The translations under genes were made by a program, and so were the position numbers. Below the pieces are notes generated by a model that was not told the DNA's origin, did not search any database, and saw only the letters and a list, made by a program, of their open reading frames with translations. Positions 60,596-64,000 of a stretch of 64,000 nucleotides of DNA are shown in pieces; position 1 is the stretch's first letter; every line of letters starts with the position of its first letter. Origin of the DNA: an uncultured Candidatus Saccharibacteria bacterium. GTDB taxonomy: Bacteria > Patescibacteriota > Saccharimonadia > Saccharimonadales > JACDBH01. Location: positions 448,908 to 512,907 of the forward strand of contig OZ246417.1 in the NCBI GenBank assembly GCA_965231105.1. Direction: 5' to 3'.

Positions 60596-62035
60596 TTATT
60601 CGAGAACCCGTACCTTGATAGTATCAGTTGTTCCAACAACACCTGGATATTGGCCTGAACACGATACGATAACATCACCACTCGCTAGTACCTTATTGCC
60701 ATGAAGCCAGTCAGTGAGTTTTGCAGCGGCAAATTTATCATCAGGACGAACATAGCTCTTGCAGGCATAGACAATGGCTAGCTGCTGCGCCGTACGTGGA
60801 TCAGAAGTTACTGCAATCAGCGGCAGCTCGGCACGCTTAGAGGCAATTTGTAGGGCAGTTGCACCGGAACGTGTCTCGGCAACAATAGCATCCGCCTGGA
60901 CATCTTTAGCCAAGCGCATGATAGCGTTTGATATAGCCTGTTGGCGCGTTGCCTTAATAGTGAAATCTTCTACAAAAAGAGGTTTAACAGGTGCATGCTG
61001 CTCGGTATAGAGAATAACGCGCTTCATGACCTTAATTGCCTCAATTGGATAGCGACCGTTGGCAGTTTCGTCGCTGAGCATCACACAGTCTGCACCTACC
61101 AACACGGCCGTTGCGACGTCTGAAACTTCCGCACGAGTAGGCTCTGGTGCTTCGGTCATACTAAAGAGCATCTGAGTGGCAACAATGGTTGGTTTGGCGT
61201 GCTTAATGCCAAGCCCAATCAGCTGACGCTGAATGATCGGCACGCTTTCTGGTGGGGTTTCAACGGCAAGGTCTCCACGAGCAACCATAATGAGGTCGGT
61301 TGCATCAACAATCTCTTCCATGTTCTCTACAGCAGAGCTTGTCTCTACCTTCACGATGATTCGTGCGGTCATACCAAGATTGGTCATAATCTTACGAAGA
61401 TTTTTTACATCCTGCGCGCTTTGTACAAAGCTTTGGGCTACATAATCGATATCCTGGGTAGAACAGAATGCAAGGTCTTCTTTGTCCTTCTTGGTAATAA
61501 CATCACCACCAAAGTCGGTGTCAGGCAGGTTAATACCCTTGCGCTTCAAGAGGATACCTTCATTCTCAACGCGGACATGAACAATACCATCTTGAACACT
61601 AGTGACAATAGTCTTTACTTTACCGTCATAGATATACAGACGCTCACCGCGCTTTACCTTCTTGCTCAGGTCATATTGCATCGGCACAATGCCATCTTTT
61701 TCGTAATCGGCTTTGTAGCCAATACGAAGACTCTGACCTTCTTGTACGGTGATAATACCTTCAAAGTCGCCAAGGCGAATCTTTGGGCCCTGTAAGTCTG
61801 CAATGATCGCAACAGGCTTACCGAGCTCTTTAGAAGCCTTACGAACCCATTTAATCTGCCGCGCGCGCTCTTCATAAGCACCATGACTGAAATTAAGACG
61901 TATACCGTTTGCACCAGCTTTAATGGCTTCAAGAATTGAATCATATGAGTCAGTAGCAGGCCCAATGGTAGCAATGATTTTTGTCCGCTTGTACCGTTCA
62001 AGGGGTACACCCGGCACTTTTCGAGTGGTATCCAT
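60596..62035 (-). CDS. pyk: Pyruvate kinase
   Basis: 479 aa. Motifs RTKIIATIGPA, RLNFSHG, MVARGDLAVE and MLSDETANG. Confidence 0.95.
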   Translation of the reverse strand: MDTTRKVPGVPLERYKRTKIIATIGPATDSYDSILEAIKAGANGIRLNFSHGAYEERARQIKWVRKASKELGKPVAIIADLQGPKIRLGDFEGIITVQEGQSLRIGYKADYEKDGIVPMQYDLSKKVKRGERLYIYDGKVKTIVTSVQDGIVHVRVENEGILLKRKGINLPDTDFGGDVITKKDKEDLAFCSTQDIDYVAQSFVQSAQDVKNLRKIMTNLGMTARIIVKVETSSAVENMEEIVDATDLIMVARGDLAVETPPESVPIIQRQLIGLGIKHAKPTIVATQMLFSMTEAPEPTRAEVSDVATAVLVGADCVMLSDETANGRYPIEAIKVMKRVILYTEQHAPVKPLFVEDFTIKATRQQAISNAIMRLAKDVQADAIVAETRSGATALQIASKRAELPLIAVTSDPRTAQQLAIVYACKSYVRPDDKFAAAKLTDWLHGNKVLASGDVIVSCSGQYPGVVGTTDTIKVRVLE

Positions 62036-62157
62036 AATTCTTCCTATTTTACACGCTTATGCTTTAGCCGAAAATGACAACCAACGTTTATCATCCGGTT
62101 TTAGCCGGCGCTTGTTATTAAATTGTTGCCCTTTTTATACGTTTATCTCAGAGCACA

Positions 62158-62232
<75 letters not shown>

Positions 62233-62310
62233 CCCATCTACCCTGATTAAACCTTTAAAAATAAGACCTACAAATCCTACCATAACAGAGACGAAACGTC
62301 CAGACAGAAA

Positions 62311-62340
62311 GAGCCCTCCCCATAGAAATAGAGAGGGCTC
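62311..62340 (-). terminator. Hairpin terminator downstream of the surface-protein gene
   Basis: 8-bp GC-rich stem GAGCCCTC/GAGGGCTC with a 14-nt loop. T-rich tracts follow on both strands (TTTCTGTCT on minus, ATTTGTTTTT on plus). Confidence 0.45.
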
Positions 62341-62445
62341 ATTTGTTTTTAAGTCTTAATTTTTGGAGCGGTCAGTCACGACACTTCTCGAATTGAACCA
62401 TAGCACATTTGCGCGTATAACGCTAGCGGTTATCCCCAGGTGTTT

Positions 62446-64000
62446 TTAGCGGAGCACGCGGCGTCGGTACAACAGCGCACCAACAAATGAGGTGGCAGCA
62501 AAGATGCCGAGTAAGCTACCAGTACCCGTTGCCACTAATGTGGTTGGAGGAGTGGTAGGTGGAGTAACCGGTGGCTTCTGAGTTGCGATTACTACCTTAC
62601 ATGCATCGCTGCTTGCCGACTGAGTCTCGCCATTGACCGTAAAGTCTGCACGGACAGTTGTAACAAACTTACCGTCTACAGGATATTCGTGCTCAACAAC
62701 AGTCTTATCGGTTACGAGTACCGGAGTACCGTCACCGAAATCGTAGTGGAACTGCTTGAAGGTTGCACCACCTGCTTGGGTTGTACTAGCAGTAAGACGG
62801 AACTTGCGATCAGTAATCTTTTCTGTCTGCTTAAGTACATCACAGCTAAATACTGGTTGTTCTGGCTGACAGTCCTCAATCACGACCTTAGCGTCATCAG
62901 ACCGTTCGCTCACACCTTCAGCACGTCCGTAAGCAATGTTCTTGATTTCACATTCCTTAAAGTCTTCATTAATCTTTGTGCGGAAACGAATTGCACCGTT
63001 ACCATTTGGTAAGTAATCGCCCATATTAGTACCGCCGCTACCAAGCGCACTGTCTGGCAAAGCAAATGGCGTTGGGTGGTTTGCATCCGTAAGGGTAATT
63101 GAACCAGGAACTAAGGTAAGACCAGCCGGTAATGGATCACGAAGCGTAACATCATTCATTGTTGCTGAACCGGAGTTCTTGTAGTCAACCCTCCAAGAAA
63201 TTGTTTCACCACGCTTTGCGGTAATCTGCTCTGAAGATTCAGCAAGCTTTGGAACCTCAGCCTTAGAAACAAGTTTCTGCACTTCAAGATTTGGGGCTAC
63301 AGCTTTCACGCGGATAGTAACAAAGGCAGAGAATTCGAAACAACCTGGGAAGTTACCATTCATTGCATCGTAACCAATTTGTGCACCGTTGGCGCCAACA
63401 ATGTCATCGCTGAGCTGTACGCCATTTGGGTGAGCGGCATTTGAGATGAAAGCAGATCCAGGAACATATTCAAGATCAAAGGCCTGTGAAGTACTATCAA
63501 GATCAGCGGTATCGTATACCATTGCAGGAATAGAGTTATCAGCACTGATACGAGCCTGCATTGTAAAGCCAGTGCCTACACCTTCAGGAATTTCAAAACG
63601 GATGCGAGTGTTCTTTGCAACACCAACACCGTCTTGGTTTGCACCATTGGTACTTGGGTTAGCAATGTTGTGTACGTAGGCACGAACAATATATTCTTTA
63701 CCAATTTCAGCGGCCGCCTTATCGAGGTAACCACCGGACTGGCCTTCTGAGTAACATTCAGGGCCATTCACAACACAAGCCTTTGTGTCTAAGAAAGCAC
63801 GCTCATCACCATACACATTGGTATTAATGTATGAGTTGAAGCGAGGAGCATCAAAGGCACCTTCTCGCTCTGCTGGATTGCTAAAGTCGAAGATCTTGCG
63901 ATCATCACCGTTAGGTCCAAAACCTGCCTTAACAGCAATGGTTGGAACGGCAACAGCAATAGCAGTAGCAAAGGCAACAATACCTACTTGAGTGCTTTTG
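62446..64000 (-). CDS. Large surface protein (5' end just beyond the window) with DUF11-like and PKD-like modules and a sortase-type C-terminal sorting signal
   Basis: The frame stays open upstream of the track start (an internal GTG) through a signal-like helix VGIVAFATAIAVAVPTIAV to the window edge. It has a DUF11-type repeat (YKNSGSATMNDVTLRDPLPAGL) and a PKD-like module (YDFGDGTP..HEY). The C-terminus is LVATG, then a hydrophobic helix, then RRRVLR. Confidence 0.7.
   Translation of the reverse strand, partial: KSTQVGIVAFATAIAVAVPTIAVKAGFGPNGDDRKIFDFSNPAEREGAFDAPRFNSYINTNVYGDERAFLDTKACVVNGPECYSEGQSGGYLDKAAAEIGKEYIVRAYVHNIANPSTNGANQDGVGVAKNTRIRFEIPEGVGTGFTMQARISADNSIPAMVYDTADLDSTSQAFDLEYVPGSAFISNAAHPNGVQLSDDIVGANGAQIGYDAMNGNFPGCFEFSAFVTIRVKAVAPNLEVQKLVSKAEVPKLAESSEQITAKRGETISWRVDYKNSGSATMNDVTLRDPLPAGLTLVPGSITLTDANHPTPFALPDSALGSGGTNMGDYLPNGNGAIRFRTKINEDFKECEIKNIAYGRAEGVSERSDDAKVVIEDCQPEQPVFSCDVLKQTEKITDRKFRLTASTTQAGGATFKQFHYDFGDGTPVLVTDKTVVEHEYPVDGKFVTTVRADFTVNGETQSASSDACKVVIATQKPPVTPPTTPPTTLVATGTGSLLGIFAATSFVGALLYRRRVLR

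Noticed and set aside
61199-61795. Long antisense ORFs inside conserved genes: 198 aa opposite pyk, 151 aa opposite the MFS gene, 135 aa opposite pgk, 133 aa opposite tatD, 137 aa opposite ftsA, 141 aa opposite the CHAP gene, and many 60-110 aa ORFs opposite uvrA
   Set aside because: Each lies entirely within a minus-strand gene that has strong family motifs. They lack RBSs and recognisable domains, which is typical of shadow ORFs.

Overview
Gene-dense window of about 60 CDS, almost all on the minus strand. It reads like a reduced-genome monoderm bacterium, most plausibly a Patescibacteria/CPR lineage such as Candidatus Saccharibacteria. That placement is an inference from domain-minimised housekeeping proteins, LysM-CHAP and Rpf/YabE-like wall hydrolases, a pilin-like protein and many signal-anchored hypothetical proteins. 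The standard genetic code fits. Recognisable content: trhO, an ABC exporter, rplY, dedA, uvrA, sbcB, obg, mltG, ruvX, an ftsA-like gene, alaS, rsgA, mnmA, ATP synthase genes atpF-H-A-G-D-C, cysteine desulfurase, tatD, metG, trehalase, an FMN reductase, a DEAD-box helicase, a marR-MFS pair, rsmA, NUDIX, pcrA/uvrD, tpiA, pgk and pyk, plus tmRNA and tRNA-Glu(UUC). I saw no transposase, phage, CRISPR or known defence genes. Candidates worth a second look, best first: (1) a six-gene secreted/surface-protein operon (23247-29056) whose layout recalls Firmicutes Csc/WxL cell-surface-complex loci, but built from a Trp-motif-free paralogue family. (2) An intein in helicase motif III of PcrA whose central domain looks GIY-YIG/T5orf172-like rather than LAGLIDADG. 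(3) An ATP synthase operon with no a or c subunit gene; that position holds a 281-aa membrane protein carrying a duplicated AIGRNPL-plus-helix module. (4) A secreted protein made of 21-aa Cys/Tyr repeats next to the tmRNA. (5) An ftsA-like gene translationally coupled to a 562-aa membrane protein, inserted into the conserved alaS-ruvX-mltG block. (6) A four-gene FMN reductase / His-bearing membrane protein / cupredoxin-like / mini zinc-ribbon module. All functional calls rest on motif recognition by eye; no database search was run.
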